Source: Tubulanus polymorphus
Taxonomy: Eukaryota; Animalia; Nemertea
Assembly: GCF_964204645.1 (NCBI RefSeq)
Contig: NC_134026.1
Span: forward strand, 6,533,950 to 6,597,949
Direction: 5' to 3'
Length of the DNA stretch: 64,000 bases
Below the pieces are notes generated by a model. The model ran no database searches. It worked only from the letters and a program-made list of their open reading frames with translations, and was not told the origin of the DNA. The position numbers and the translations under genes were made by a program. The first letter of the stretch is position 1. Each line of letters starts with the position of its first letter. This document shows, in pieces, positions 1-13,973 of the stretch.

Positions 1-351
1 CCATCCTCATTTTGGTTCTATGATTGCAAATCTAAAAACTTAAGACTATTCCATGATCATGTTGGTTCTAAAGCAAACCTAAAACCTTCAAGACCAGTCA
101 AAGCTCATTTTGGTTCTAGCAAATCTTACTAAGGCCTAATGTCAATGTCAGACTTAAGATTTAAGACGCTGTACTTAAGGCAAGACTGGTGCAACTGGAG
201 CTGAGTGTCGTTTGCTCAAAAGTATTTCCCCCGATGCATTTCTCTTGGTTACCAGTGGTTATCTCAGATCCTTGTGGGGGGGGGGGGGGGTATGGGGAGC
301 ACTGACTGGTCATTGGTCGGTAAGTACTGTTTGACAGTGCGATATTGTTTG

Positions 352-3300
352 TTATTCAGTAGTTATGACAGGAGGTGCTGTCCCGCTATCGTTGGCTACT
401 GAAGAATCTCGTTCAGTTCCCGCCGACAATCTGAGAATATCACCAGTCATCCTCGACTGTAAATCTTCCGTCAGACGAATTTCACGCAGATGATTTCGCC
501 TGAAACAGATTCGGAGAAAAAAGCGTGTATTTCATAAACGTATGCGAAGATAGAGAAAGTACAGTCAACCCCCGATATTCTGAAGCTCTTATGAAAACAA
601 ATGCAAATATATAACAGAACCACTGAAACTGATGGATCCGTCAATGTTCGGGCTAAAAACTAAGATGATCTATCTATGCGTAAATGTGTTGCTCGTGGTA
701 GAAACTGAGTCAAAAGTAGCCGTATTTTTGTTATCAAATTGATTTCCCAAACGACCACTTATAACACAAAGCGAACAGTCGGTGGTAGGATCAGCTTCAC
801 TAATAACTCATCACCAAACATCAATTCATCAGCGATGAAAAAAAGAATTCATTATTCATCGGCAAAAAACATAAAACATTATCAGCGATCTTTAATGAAA
901 TTCGAATATACACAATGTATAGAAGAAGTGATTTAAAAGATTTGAAGTGCCAGGCTGTCTGATTCCACGCTTTCTCGGGAAATCAAGTCAGTTCAGATCA
1001 AACGAATGGGTTTGGCAAGGTTACACTTTTTTCATCGATAATTTCCTTTTAAGAACTGCATCAGAGAACTGCCGGTCTATTGTAAACAACCTTATCTTGT
1101 AGGATTCAACTTTATACGAAATGCGGATGAAAGCTTCGTATGTAAATCAGGGATGAGATAAACGGGGAAAACTATTGTCACCACAATGGGCAGACGAACA
1201 GTGCACATCGGTCTCGAGACCTTTCCAAACTCCAACTGTTCGCAAAATCCCAACGGAATGAACTACAAACAAGGAGAAAATGACGTTCTCTCATAGGCTG
1301 TCTCTCTCCGCGGGATCGTCTGCTTTGGCTAATTACACCATCAAAGTATAATATTCATTATTTTCTCTGTGTTGCAGGTATCTCTTAAAGTTGAACTAAA
1401 TGAGACAGACCTACGACAGCGCGCTAGTCGAAAAATGAAAAATGAGATTCAGTGTATTTCTCTCGCGAGCGCGTATAGAACCCATCTAGATCTTTTATCA
1501 CCGAATTCCCCTCTGAGGCGGAATTGAAAAGACCGCATTAACCTCTGTCGCGCTTGAGGCGCAATTCTTCTCTGATTTTTTTCGGTGATTGAATAAGAAA
1601 ATGAGTGGCGGGCTATACGCACAATTAGGTCCGCGAGAATTATTACACCGTAGTTGCCGTTGCAGAAGCTAATCAACTATCGATTTGTATTGATTGACGT
1701 CAGGTCAAAAATCAATCCTTCGGTGGGAGTCTTCACTTATAACACAGTCTAATCTTGAGTCACGCGTCACGTTGAGAGCTTTGTTTTAACTTTGGACGTC
1801 ATCACCGGACTTACATAAGCTATGTTTATACCCTGTTCACTAATCACATTTACCAGTCAGTTCCACACGGGTTCCGACATAAGTTTTGACTGAAGGTCGG
1901 CTATATTTCAAAATAGAACTAATTTTAATCGTTTTTTTTTTTACTTTGTCTGTCGTTATCATCGTTGACCGATTCTCTCAAATCTTACCTGGATATATTT
2001 GCTGCCAGTGATCTGATTCTACTCATTGTCAGTAGTTTATCGGTGTCCGGTGCAAGTTGCGATTGGGGGTCGCTTTTCTTTTTACCTGAAAATAGTCCAA
2101 TGTACAAAACGAAAAAATAATTTCAACCAAAACAATAGATCTATAGTACGACAGTTCGTGGTTGAAATCTGACCCCATTATTCACGTCTTTTGATTTTTT
2201 TAAATCTTGATAGGTTCAAAAGATGGCACAGAATGTATAAAGAACTTGCCGTACATACAGGGAGTGATTATCAGTCGTGGTCGACGCAAAATTGCGGCAA
2301 TTACTGATTGAAACTGACAGCACTTTAATGCGTCAGTAGTGATTAAAATCACAGACAAAGGCCATCGCCAACCACCCCGGCGACCAACTGGAAAATCTAA
2401 AATTTCTATCTCATTTAACCCTGACGATTTGAATCCATTTGGACGCGTGACGGATGAGTTACCAACGAAAACATCAGCCATTTCAGGTGCCGCGCAGATA
2501 TTGAGGGTTAAACAGCGGCCGATTAATCAGTGATTTGGCGGTGTAAGAATCAAAAGCCCACATTCAGCAAAAAGAAATAGCTCGGCAAAATAGGCGATTA
2601 CTGTTAACAAATTCACAGATGAGTTTCTATTCTTTTCGAATGTAACACATCGAAATATTTCCCGCGTTTAGTTTTGACGAATCCAAATTTTCTTAAGTTT
2701 TTCGAATTAATATCATCTTTAGAATTTCAGAAACGATTATGTGATTTCATAATCGAAGCAGCTATTAGTTTTCCACTTGTTCACAATGAAATATTGGAAA
2801 TAAGGTGTATTCGTATATTCTAATACCCATCTTTAGAGTATCTATTTGAATGTTTAACGTTAACCGTTGATGAAACAAGTCAGAAGATGACTATAAGCAA
2901 GCAGTCCAAACGTTGAATAAAACATTCGCTCGAGGACACATCGGGCACTTTTCCATTCTTTATTATGGGATTTGATATCGTTTTTTTTCTTTCATTGTGG
3001 GATCTCATGATTCTACGAGCGACTTAAGACGGCTATTAGTCTTGTTCTCGGCGCGACCGATGAAGCGTGCCGATATAAACATCAGTTCTAATGAACGCCG
3101 TATCTCTTCGCGCTAATTTCAATTACGACAACAAAATCTCATTTAAATCGACAGAAGATGAATGCGTCGAGTGTAATACGAGTGTACGTAAAGGTTTAGC
3201 GGGCGCCGTGTTGTTTATGGGAATTTTCGCGGTCTGAAATGATGATTGATCTCGAGCCGCAGGATGACGATGGCGGCCCGCGCCGACTTTCATTTGTTTC

Positions 3301-6300
3301 GATCTAACGTTTAATAAATTCTCATCAATTTATCACCGCTCATGAAATGGATGGTTATGAATTTAATCGTGGCTTTATGGAATATATATGTTTATATTCA
3401 ATTCAATTCAATCAACTCTTCATTATATTGATACACCTGGTCGAGACGTACGGAGTTTAAGTTTACAAACCTGGATTCATGTATGTTTGTGATTGGAAAT
3501 TTTGCAAAATGCAACCACGTCGGAGACAGCAACTTTCCGAAGAATAAATGACATTCATTCTAAAATCATTTCAAGATCGTTTAGTGCGAGATTCTTTCAC
3601 TTGTCGCTATTCGACACTAGGAGCCACCTCATACATATTTAGAAAAGAAAAAACCCCAGACTCCAATCTAACTCGCATCTGTGAACCGGATCCAGATCTG
3701 CCATCTACTGTTATATGAGTATCTTACCGTTATTTACTGCTGCCGTTGCTGCTGCTGCGCTATTTGGCCGATTTCGAGCCTCTTCTACTTTTTCACGAAT
3801 ATCATCTTTCACTAAATAATTCAACTGTAGAATCGACAAATAACTAGCGATTTCTGATCATATTCAGTTAACGGACACAAACGAGAGATATTTATGGGAT
3901 ATTCATAACCCGTAATTTCACTTTTCGATCTGGTTCCTTATCGAAAAGCAACTTAATTTTCATTACATAGTAAAAAGTACTTTAATGAAATGATATATGA
4001 TTCCCTGAATTGTTAAGTCAATATGAGACTACAATCTTTATTTGCTTAGTGTAATCAGTCATTGGACCCTGTGCCCAGTATCACGAATAGGTTTAACTCG
4101 GATTTTTGGTGGTTTCATTGGTATATTGGTAACATCACATTGGTTACATTACTTCAAACTTATACTCATTTAAGCTGATAAGCTTCGTTTTAAGCTTTTC
4201 GTGCAGTAAACCACGCCCACTGGATAGGTCATCGATAGAGGTGTTTCGCCAAAGCCATATTGGCCGTCACGACCAATGTGACGTGAGGTGTGTATAGCCC
4301 GCGTGGATAAAGCTACAAAAAGGATACGCGCAAGTCTCTGTATAGGAACCGCGTTATCATCAGTACTGGTAGGTATATGAGCCTCAGCCTCCCAGAATAG
4401 TCGTTTCGTCAGCATCTCATTCGTCACCGGTAACAATTGATCCAAAGCGTCGCTGAATTCTTTCCACGTCATTTGTCCTGGTTCTTTACCGGGATGTAAC
4501 AACAGTTTACCTTCACACTGTCGAATTGACGGAAAACGATATCATTAAGTCGTTAGATTGGTTAAAGATGGACTGAGACTTCGCGACAACTGTTCAACGA
4601 GGATACCCTATGTAGGAAGTAAAACACACGTCTATTTGCTTGAATTGTGGCTACTGACCTCTAAAAGTCTTAGCTCCCTGTATTTCAGTATGAGATAAAG
4701 TAAGTATTCTAGCACCAGCTCTTTCGATATTTTGTTCCTCGTGAATGAAATGTAGCCCATTTGTAACGTTTCGAAATCATCTTCCTGGAAAAATTATAAG
4801 CGTGAACTGAACTCAACGACTATCAGACATTTTTCATTTTGCGAATCGACATCGACGACAAGCTTGACTCTGAAGTTTGACTTTGAAGTTGACAAGATTC
4901 GTAGAGGAGCCGTGTCGTTACCTGGTGTAGAATCATCACAACGGGACGAATATTACTTTAAAGATGTAACTAGTTTATTTGACGCACGAGCTTTCGCTAC
5001 TAGTGAATATGTAGTAGCCTCATCATTCGCCTGATGAAGCTACAATACACTGATAGCGAAAGTTCGTGCGTCAAAGAAACCAGTTACACCTTTAAAGTAC
5101 TATTCGTCCCGTTGAAACAGTTCATTTCCAATGTTTTAACTTGAGTTTGATAAACTAACAACTGTAGAACTGGATCCAGGACTTAGTTCTACGCGGTGTT
5201 TCTCAGTTCAGTTTCGCTTCATAATCGAAGAAGTTAATTCGTATAAAAGATATTTTGAATTTTACTGAGATTCTAACCGAGAACTGTAGAATTGAGCACG
5301 TACCACTGCGAAAGGATAGAGAACTTCGCAAAACAGTCGAAAATCGTTGACTTGTTTCCATTCGACTCGATCGATGAGATCGGCCAGTAACAGGACGTAT
5401 CTATAAGTCGCCGCATCGTAATTACCAACCAGTACATGTATAAACATCTGAATAAACTGTAAAACAATTTTTTTTTTCAAATTAAGATAGTTCCGAGCTA
5501 TATGAAACATGAACAGAAATCTAGGTGAAAGGTAGCTTGGCTTGAAGGTTTAATACGGCAAATTACGGCAAGTCTTTTTTTCCCAAAAGTATCAATAATT
5601 ATGGTACTTCCTATTTCTAAATTTAGATTTAAATTCGCCCAATTTATTCCAAATTGCAGGTGTATGGATAAGAACTCTGTGAACTCGGTGAGCGTGCAGA
5701 TGCACATTTTTCCTCCTCTCGCAGCCCCGAGGGAATTCTTAACTCAGTTATACCAGAAAAATACTGCGTTTACTTTATTTTTGCCGGCGTTTCCCAGAAG
5801 AGACGACAGCAGATCGTGCATAGCAAGAAACATGACGTCTTCTTTAAGATATCGCTCCAGCATAAAATGATAAAGATTTTCCTGTGAAATATACGAATAT
5901 CAAAGAAATGTTAAAAATAGGAAAAATGCAATAAAGATCGTTTGAGACTTATGAATACTACGAATACAATCGTCCATTAAACACAAATTTTGAATGTAAT
6001 CAAAACCTACAGAATTTCAGACGTCCAAAGTTTTTAAACGCTCAGTATTTCATGTCATCATCATGTTAGCCTATAGCTTAATGCTTACTAGGATGGAAAA
6101 ATATCCTTCTTCAGAATCGCCGTGTTCATCCTGCCAGATGATAAATGCACTGAATTGTTCTATCAGAGATTTAGATCTCGCCTGCAAGAAATAAATGACG
6201 AATTTTTTCTATTCAAGAGAGAAAATCACACTTTTTGGAGAAAAGCTCTCGGACGCGGAAGAAGGCACGCACCAGTGAAATAGGTCGCGGAATAGTGCGA

Positions 6301-9300
6301 GCAAGATCCGTTCTTTCTGCATAATCTTCCCACAATTTGTGCGGTGGATATTTCTGGAAAAAATTGTGAAATTACTTCTTGGTTTATCGTTTAAACAATT
6401 CAAAAGTTTGCGCCGTCGGATAGAATTCGACGAACACATTAATACTTTGTGAGAAAATTCGCTCTCAAGTTTTAACTCGAAACTTTGGTAGCGACATTTC
6501 TACCTATCCGCTTCGATTCACTTTCTCGGAAGTGCTGAAAGTCACCCAACACTCCCCTCACCCGGCACGTGGAATCAGCACTAATACCTACCATGTGCGC
6601 TTCTAATGTCGTCGCAGGACTATCAGCTGAAACTGACGGGGTGGATGACCGTGACCTTCGTTTCTGCATCGAAGCAGATTCACCCGTTGTTTCTCCCATC
6701 GTCTCCGGCCTGAGGCTTTCCGCTTCCTGTGTGCTGGGAGGTTTTACAGTCGATGCAGCTGTTAATGGCTGGAATAATTCACTAATGGACAAACGGTTAA
6801 TTAATTTAAAAAGTAAACGTGAATTTGTCCTTAATTGAAGTGAGTAAATCCGAATCTAGAAGCAACATATTCAGTTTAATGGATTAGATTATTGATTTCT
6901 GCAGTAGTATCGTAAGCTTCTTTGTTAACAACTGTTTACGCAAATGACGGGTAAGATTTGATGATGAACTAGATCATTCCCATTGAGCCGATCCCCGAGT
7001 CACAATTGTGCAACTGGGTCTAGGCCCGGTTCCATAGTCATGGCTTTGAATCAAGGCCTGTCTTCGTCCAACCTAATTCGAATCCAAGCAACGTTAGACT
7101 TATATCTCGACTAAGGAACTGCTAGTATTCTGTGGGGTCAACGGTACTTAACTTACTCCATCATTTGCAGGTTAATTTTCACTTTCGGGCGTAGGATTTT
7201 AATATGCGAGCAATTTATCGGTAACGGTAAAACGTTCTCGGCATTTCCCATTTTATGAGGACAAATTACGGTCTACAACGAGAACAATAAAAAAGCAATT
7301 ATCTTTCAACAAAAGACTTCCAGACATTTGAAACAGGAAACTAACTTTCGACGTTTAAAATGAAATCTGTTTCATTTTCAAATACATCATTGAAGTAGAA
7401 AAGTTATTCTAGCCACAACGCCAGCCAAACAAAAAGAAGAATCATCGATGGGAAAGTATTTCAAGAGGAATGTATTCATTTTACCTACTTTTTCACCACA
7501 GCTTGCACAATATTTGGCACCCTTGAATTCGTGGTAAGTATGACCACCGTTCGACGAAGTGTACATCATAGCGGCGTATTTACTGAATATACGCTCTTGC
7601 GGAACAAACGGATCATCAATAGGATTATCATCGTCAATTCCGCCTAATTCTTTAGCGAGAGGATGAACTGGAAAATATGTTCCCATTATGTTGGATTAAA
7701 ATATTAGTAATTATCGAGGGTAGAATTCAAAAAAGGGTTATGAACTACAATTTCAGTGGAGGAATCCCGATAGAATTGATATGTATCTATTCAGAGGCCA
7801 GCATCCTCTCCCCAGGGGAGACCTGTGACCTGTCTTGGGAGTAGTCAGTATCCTGTCCCCGAAAGTGATCAATATATCGATAATTTATCGTTTAGAATTC
7901 AACACTTTGCACTTAATCTTCTGAAGTTGACGTAAGGATATCAAAATCACCAAGGCAAGTTGCCAAACGGAATAGAATGTAACCAAAACTGTATCATACG
8001 CAGATACTTAGACCAGTTTTAGTCACTGCACCAGTTTGACTGTTATTTCAAATTCTAAATTCTCCATTTAGGTGTTCAGATAAAGCAACGGATTATTTTC
8101 AAATTAGAGCATCGAATTCCTTATGTCCCCGGATTAAACTTCAAACGTTTCAGTTCTTTTGCGCTAAGATGATTATAGTCTCTACCCTCTTATAACTCAC
8201 ATTCATCACCACTAACACGTAACAACAAGAACAGAAATTTCACCAGTGACTTCTATTCACTGCTATACGTGGTGAAATCGGCTGATACAGCGCCCGGCCT
8301 TTAGGCGATGCTTAAATTGATAAATGAACGTTTTTAATCCTTAATATTTACCTGGCTTTTTCTTCAGTTTGGAAGCATTTTTCATCGTAGAGCTGCGTAA
8401 AGATGACAAATGATGGATAGTTTATATACAACTCGCAAACAGAAAATCGTTAATTAAACGAAAATGCCGGTGTTTGAAAATCTTAGAAATACTATTTCTA
8501 TTTCTGCGGATCTTCTGGACGAGAGATTGATTGTGGCCCAGTTCATATTCAAAATGATTTCATATGTAGGCACCTTTGGCCAACTGCGGATATCTGAATT
8601 AGTCGACTATAGTCAAACTAAGTAAAACGAATTTATCAGTCGGAACTATATTCCAGTTACAGCTCTGGAATTAAGTGCATTCGGAAATAAGTTGCGACTA
8701 TTAGTCGACTAGATACGAAAACCGAATTTTGGTACCTTGTTCTGTACCTCGTCCTTTCCACCCAATGTTGTTCCCTACGTAGTCAATAACATGTCTGCGG
8801 TTTAGTTTCACGATCGGATGTTTTCACAAACCACATAAGGCTGGAATAAGCCCATCCGATCATGAAAGCTTACCACCAACGAAGCTACGTAGGTGACTTA
8901 CGGAAGCGTGGGTTTATGTTCTTCGAGTATCTGTAACTGTTCTTCTAACATGACGGTATGCTGCCTGATTAACCCGAGTTCTGTGTTCAATTCATCTATA
9001 TTCTTATTGAACCGTTCTTGTTCCAAAAGCAACTAAGATGAAATAGAAAATATTGAATGTAATGTTGGTTCTAGGATGAACATTAGGCGGACTGTGATCG
9101 ACTTGCGACAGCTTTGCAACGCTACTCGATCGGTTGCAACTGGACACGAATGGGCGCATAGGTCGGCAGCGTCGCAAATGTCAGCGACAGTGTGCAACTA
9201 CTATATACAGTTTCTAGCAAGAACAGCTGTAACAAGATCCCTGTGAAGGGCGATCGATTCTCGGTCGACTTGGCACCGTATTTAGGTCTGGCGATCAACG

Positions 9301-12300
9301 CACTGTTAGATTAGATTAGATAAAACTTTTATTCTCCTGCTGACTAAGATAGTATAAGGAGGTTCGAATACAATATACATGCATGAAAAATAAAATATCA
9401 TAACATACAAAAAGAAATAGACAGAAATCTATCGTGAGGTGCTGCCGCTATGCTCATCGTTAGCGGATTTTCCATACACTAATATGAATTGACTCTGGCA
9501 GTCTATACACTTTGACGTGCCGCAGTCGCTTCGTGTTAGTGTATACAAAATCCGCTAGCGATGGGAAAGGCGGCAGCACTTCACAGTACAAGAAGATTCT
9601 AAAAAATCCTACAATCCACCTTGCAAAATTCATTAAAAAAGGCTTAGATGTATAGATCCCTCCAATAATTTGTATGTTGTAAATAGTGTATGTATAAATT
9701 GTTAATAACTTTGTTATATTTAATCAAAACAAATTTATACTTTCTGTTAATTGTAAACATTGTATACTTTGTATAAGTCTCCCTCCATGTACCATAGAAA
9801 TGGTTGGAGTGTAAATAAAATCCTAATCCAAATCCTAATCCTAGAAGGCAGTTCCCCAACCCACACGTTTAACACTTTATCGCAGATACTAGCTCTAAAA
9901 ACCGTATGTAATAATCACATTGGCTGGATCATATTTACAAAAGATTTTAAACAACTATTAGATTTCGTTAGAATTTATAATGATCAACTAGCAAAGTTTC
10001 TACCTCCTGGTCGGCTCTTTCTAATACCACATCTTGATGTTTACTGAATTCTGTAGCGGTTAAAGTGGCGTTTAAGTTTATAGTTGACAACTCTTCTTTT
10101 CCCTGTTCGAAAAACTTTTCGAATTCTGAAATTAAGACACGATTTTCTCAGTCATATAAACGGCTAGAGAGCTGGAATCGATTCGCTGTCCGAATATTTA
10201 CCTTCTAATGTAGAGTTTTGAACTGCTAAAAGTTGTTCTTCGATTTTCCTCGCTGATTCTATATCACTCATTAAATGAGCCTTAAAACAAAAGATATGTC
10301 AATGATTGGGGTAATCGTTGAACTTTAAAATATGGTTAGCTTGAACTGTGACACAGAAATACTGCAATTAATAGAATTAGTCTTCGACCGGTTCGTATCA
10401 TTGCATCTGAGCCTATGCTGATTGCACATTTGAAATGATTTTTTATCAAAGCCTTAACTGATGAAGCCGATTCAATGTCGAGACAAAAAAGACCAAAATT
10501 GGTCTTAAATCTTAAAGTTGTATAACTAGGCTACAGAACTAGATGGTCTTCGATTGGCCTGAAGTCGAAGTGATTATGGAACCGGTTCCAGACAGAACTT
10601 TTAGACTTCGCTAGAATAATTCCTAGAACGCCAACAGTGAAAAACATTATACTTTCAGATGAATCTTAAACCTACGCGTCTCGTTGCTACAACTGGCTTT
10701 TTTCTCTTTATTGGTGGATCGTCAATCATCTTCTCCGTAAATGCTGAATTCAAACAAAACCAAATATCCATATTGAACATCAATCTAGGATTTAGGATTA
10801 ATTCGTTACGCACTTTACAACAGTAATCTGCACTGTCTCGTACCGTCTTGTAGTTCGTCGTAGCCTTTTTTATATGTCGACAGAAATCTAATTTCCTCTC
10901 GGGCTTCTTCAAGTCTTTCCTGTTTAAGAAAAAAAAGTTTCCTATCTCTGTCGCTTTCTTTCTGTTAATCAGTTACACAAAGCTTGGAGCTATAATCTCC
11001 ACACTACCCAGTTTCACAAAATGCTGTATTCATGTTTTCATTTAAACAATTCAATTACCTCGAGATCTGCTATTTCGGCTTCAAGATTTTTCTGTAGTTT
11101 TTCCGCTTTATTGTGTTCTTCCTCCATTTTTTCTTCCAAACTACATTAGTACGAGAGTGATAGAACATCGAAATAAAAAAACCATATGTAAAAATCGATC
11201 ACCTTCGAGGGAAATGTTTGACAGAACTTTTGGAAGTCGCATTACCTGTGATGAAACTTTTATGAAATCATAATTCGTTTTGTAGGACGGGCCCCGTGAA
11301 CTCAGAATAAAAAGGTTCTTCGGAGGTTCGTAAAAGAACCTATGGATTCTTTGCGAAACTTTGGGGTTGCTTCAAGAACCTGTCTGAGCTTCAGGGGACG
11401 TTTTGAGTTTGCTCTTCGAAGCACCTCATCGATGAGGTTTGTGGAAGAACATTAATGGGTTCTCTCTGCGAGTCAAGCGGAAGAAACCCTTTAATAAGCT
11501 ATTCATCAGACCGATTTGCGATTGACATGTTGGCGATTGAATGATTGAAAAAAATTTGTTAATCCACAACCCAGCGTAAGTATCGAATAATCCTATTCAA
11601 TTAATCAATTTGACTAGTCTTATCGGTTGGAAATAGTTCGTCGAAATTACCTATCAATTTCAGCGTTTCTATCAACGACTTCTTCTTCTAATTGTGAAAT
11701 CATTTCTTTCAGTTGTTCGCATTCGTTCATTAGATGAGTTGTTTTGGATACAGAATCTTCGAACGCCTTGTGTTTCTCGAACAGTCTGAAAATAATAGTC
11801 ACAATCTGGATCACATTTCAATGGATCGAGATTTCTTAGACTGTAAAGCATGTAATCCACTGTTTCGGAAGAGAATTAAAAACGCAAATTCTATTGATAC
11901 AATACAGTGAAAAACGCGCTGCGTCGGCGTTGTTGTGACGATCGCTATGTCTATGACTTTTCCAAATGACAACTAACACTTAGTAAATTGAGTAGGAAAC
12001 AGAAATCGGATGTGAAAAATAGAAATGACTTCAGTAATGTGACGACTTAACGGACAATTACTTAATCGAATACGACTGATTATCAAGATAAGATCAAAAT
12101 AACATCACTTCAAAAATTTGAAAACAAATCGGTTATTCTGTAAATATCATAGGTACTTTTTCTTTAGAATTTCCACTTTTTCCATCATATCCTCAGCTCT
12201 GGCATCCTGTTGTGTGAAGACTCGGTGAACTAATGTAAAATAAGGAACTCGGTCCATTTGAGTGGGTCGTGACGACTGTGACTGATGAGAATTCTGACGT

Positions 12301-13378
12301 AGTTTAGAATTCATCGTCAGCTGGTGGCTGAACACAGCATCTGAAACGAAAACGAACCGCACATATATTTATCTGTTCGCATTGTTCTCAATTCCAGACT
12401 CACAAATAGAGAGAAAAATCTTATAGGAAATGGGAAAACATAGTTTTAGAAATGAGTTTTTGACGAGTCATATCTCATTAAAAAACCTTCTTTTTTTAAT
12501 CATTAATCAGATATCTATTTGTTCTCATATCTCCAGGATGCTTCTGTAGATTGATCAATAATTCTTCTAAGATTAAAAATACAGTTGTTACTGATGACAA
12601 TTGATAAGTGCAAAGCTTCAAATATTTGGTTTCGACATTTCGATAGGTCGTGTTGATTTATAGCTGTCACACGAATGCTTCGGTGACATCATAAAGATTA
12701 AATGCGATTGTGAATATAACACCATTTTGTGGTTCAACAGATCTATGTAATGAATTTTCTATCAATTGTTTACAATTCCAATAACAGAAATTAGTACTGT
12801 GATACCTGAAAATCACAAGCCGGAGCCTTTGTATAATCTAGTTCTCTGTCCATACCATAGCAATAGTTACCGTTATAGATAAACTACACGTGGCTGATAG
12901 GATGAATATGAAGTTTTTGCATCTTTGATCTTAAGATAAGGATGATTACCCAACTTATTTTCTTATTCATAAGCACGAATGATTTTGATTTCCCTACAAT
13001 CATATACTTGTTGTGCCTCATACCTGCCGGTAACGAAACAGAGGGTTGTGATGTAAAACGTCAACTGATTATTCTTCACTTACCAAACAATTCATCGCTC
13101 ATCAATTTCATAATTTCACTGAATATCCCCATGTGAGGAATGAGTTCTTTCAGCACTTTAAATATCTGTGAAACCCGTTCTTGTACCGGACCGGTGGTTC
13201 CAGCCGGTTTATCGTTCATTAACATTTTATATTTCAGAGCTATAAAACAACATTATGAAAAATACATATAATATCTATTTTACGACACGGCGCAATTCAA
13301 CGACTTTATGTTCTGACTGTACTTACATAACGATTTAGCGTCCATGATTGGACCCTCAGTGGGATCAACTGCCGCCAT
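352..13378 (-). CDS. Multi-exon (~23 exons) uncharacterised protein: N-terminal coiled coil, central CxxC-x6-CxH motif, helical C-terminal region (loosely TSNAXIP1-like layout)
   Basis: Phase-compatible GT-AG exons at approx. 13327-13378 (MAAVDPTEGPIMDAKSL), 13084-13239, 12157-12340, 11652-11785, 11059-11140 (LEEKMEEEHNKAEKLQKNLEAEIADLE), 10844-10919, 10676-10744, 10202-10281, 10028-10125, 8902-9032, 8352-8392, 7488-7667 (..KYCASCGEK), 7157-7272 (TVICPHK..), 6592-6781, 6273-6353, 6088-6181, 5775-5881, 5304-5456, 4659-4784, 4328-4517, 3728-3853, 1990-2085, 352-499 (..APPVITTE*). The frame stays open across the junctions checked. The family assignment is tentative. Confidence 0.85.
4939..5114. 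mobile_element. Palindromic element made of two inverted Penelope-like ends with minimal hammerhead-like cores
   Basis: The arms CAACGGGACGAATA..TTTAAAG..GTAAC..TTTGACGCACGA.CTTTCGCTA and TAGCGAAAG.TCGTGCGTCAAA..GTTAC..CTTTAAAG..TATTCGTCCCGTTG are reverse complements. CTGATGA(5031)-AGCTA..TAGC-GAAA(5058) lies on the + strand. Confidence 0.6.
9434..9584. repeat. Inverted repeat / hairpin element
   Basis: GTGAGGTGCTGCCGCT..CATCGTTAGCGGATTTT..ATACACTAA pairs with TTAGTGTATACAAAATCCGCTAGCGATG..GGCGGCAGCACTTCAC. Confidence 0.7.
9598..9843 (+). mobile_element. 5'-truncated LINE 3' end (same family as 44750-45208)
   Basis: KNPTIHLAKFIKKGLDV*, GGCTTAGATGTATAGATCCCTCCAATA.. and CCAT.GAAATGGTTGGAGTGTAAATAAAA plus a (TCCTAA)n tail match the 45 kb copy. 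Confidence 0.65.
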
Positions 13379-13973
13379 GATTGTTTTTTATCGATTTCAA
13401 TGAATATCCACTAGAAATCAATAACAATAAGTAAAAGGTTTCGATCGAAGGTTTACAGATCATCCGTCATTAGTATGAAATCAGACAGTAAATTATCGTA
13501 TCGTATTTACTTGATACTAAATATTGCACTTACGTTCGATGTTATTTCTTGGAGTAATAGTCTGATTACTCCAAGGTTATTTCAGCTAAAGGTTTGTCCG
13601 CTGTAAACACTACACTACATTACATTACATTAGTACACCTATCTATAAGCGGCCGCCATATTGTATACTAGTTACTAAGGCTTTTAAAGTGCTCGGCAGT
13701 ACTGATTATGTGCAGTAGTATCTAGGCCGTGGTAATTGTGATTTCTTTTGATCGGGTCATTTCAAGCTGTCACGCTCTGACGAACTGAGTCCACAATTCA
13801 GAGCGCTGGTTGTGTTTATGCTTTTCCATATACGAGAAAGAAATAAAGTGGTTTTTTCCGATCAGTAACTAATCGTTACCGACCCTCGGGGACTGGTGCA
13901 ATGTCACACCTGATATTCTGCTATAAACAACGAGACAAAATCCTGTAATATCAAATCTAACCGTAGCAATAAA
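13379..13973. promoter_or_regulatory. Putative bidirectional promoter between divergent genes
   Basis: The start codons of two divergently oriented genes are ~600 bp apart. The interval contains GGCCGCCAT (YY1-like) near 13650. Confidence 0.5.
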
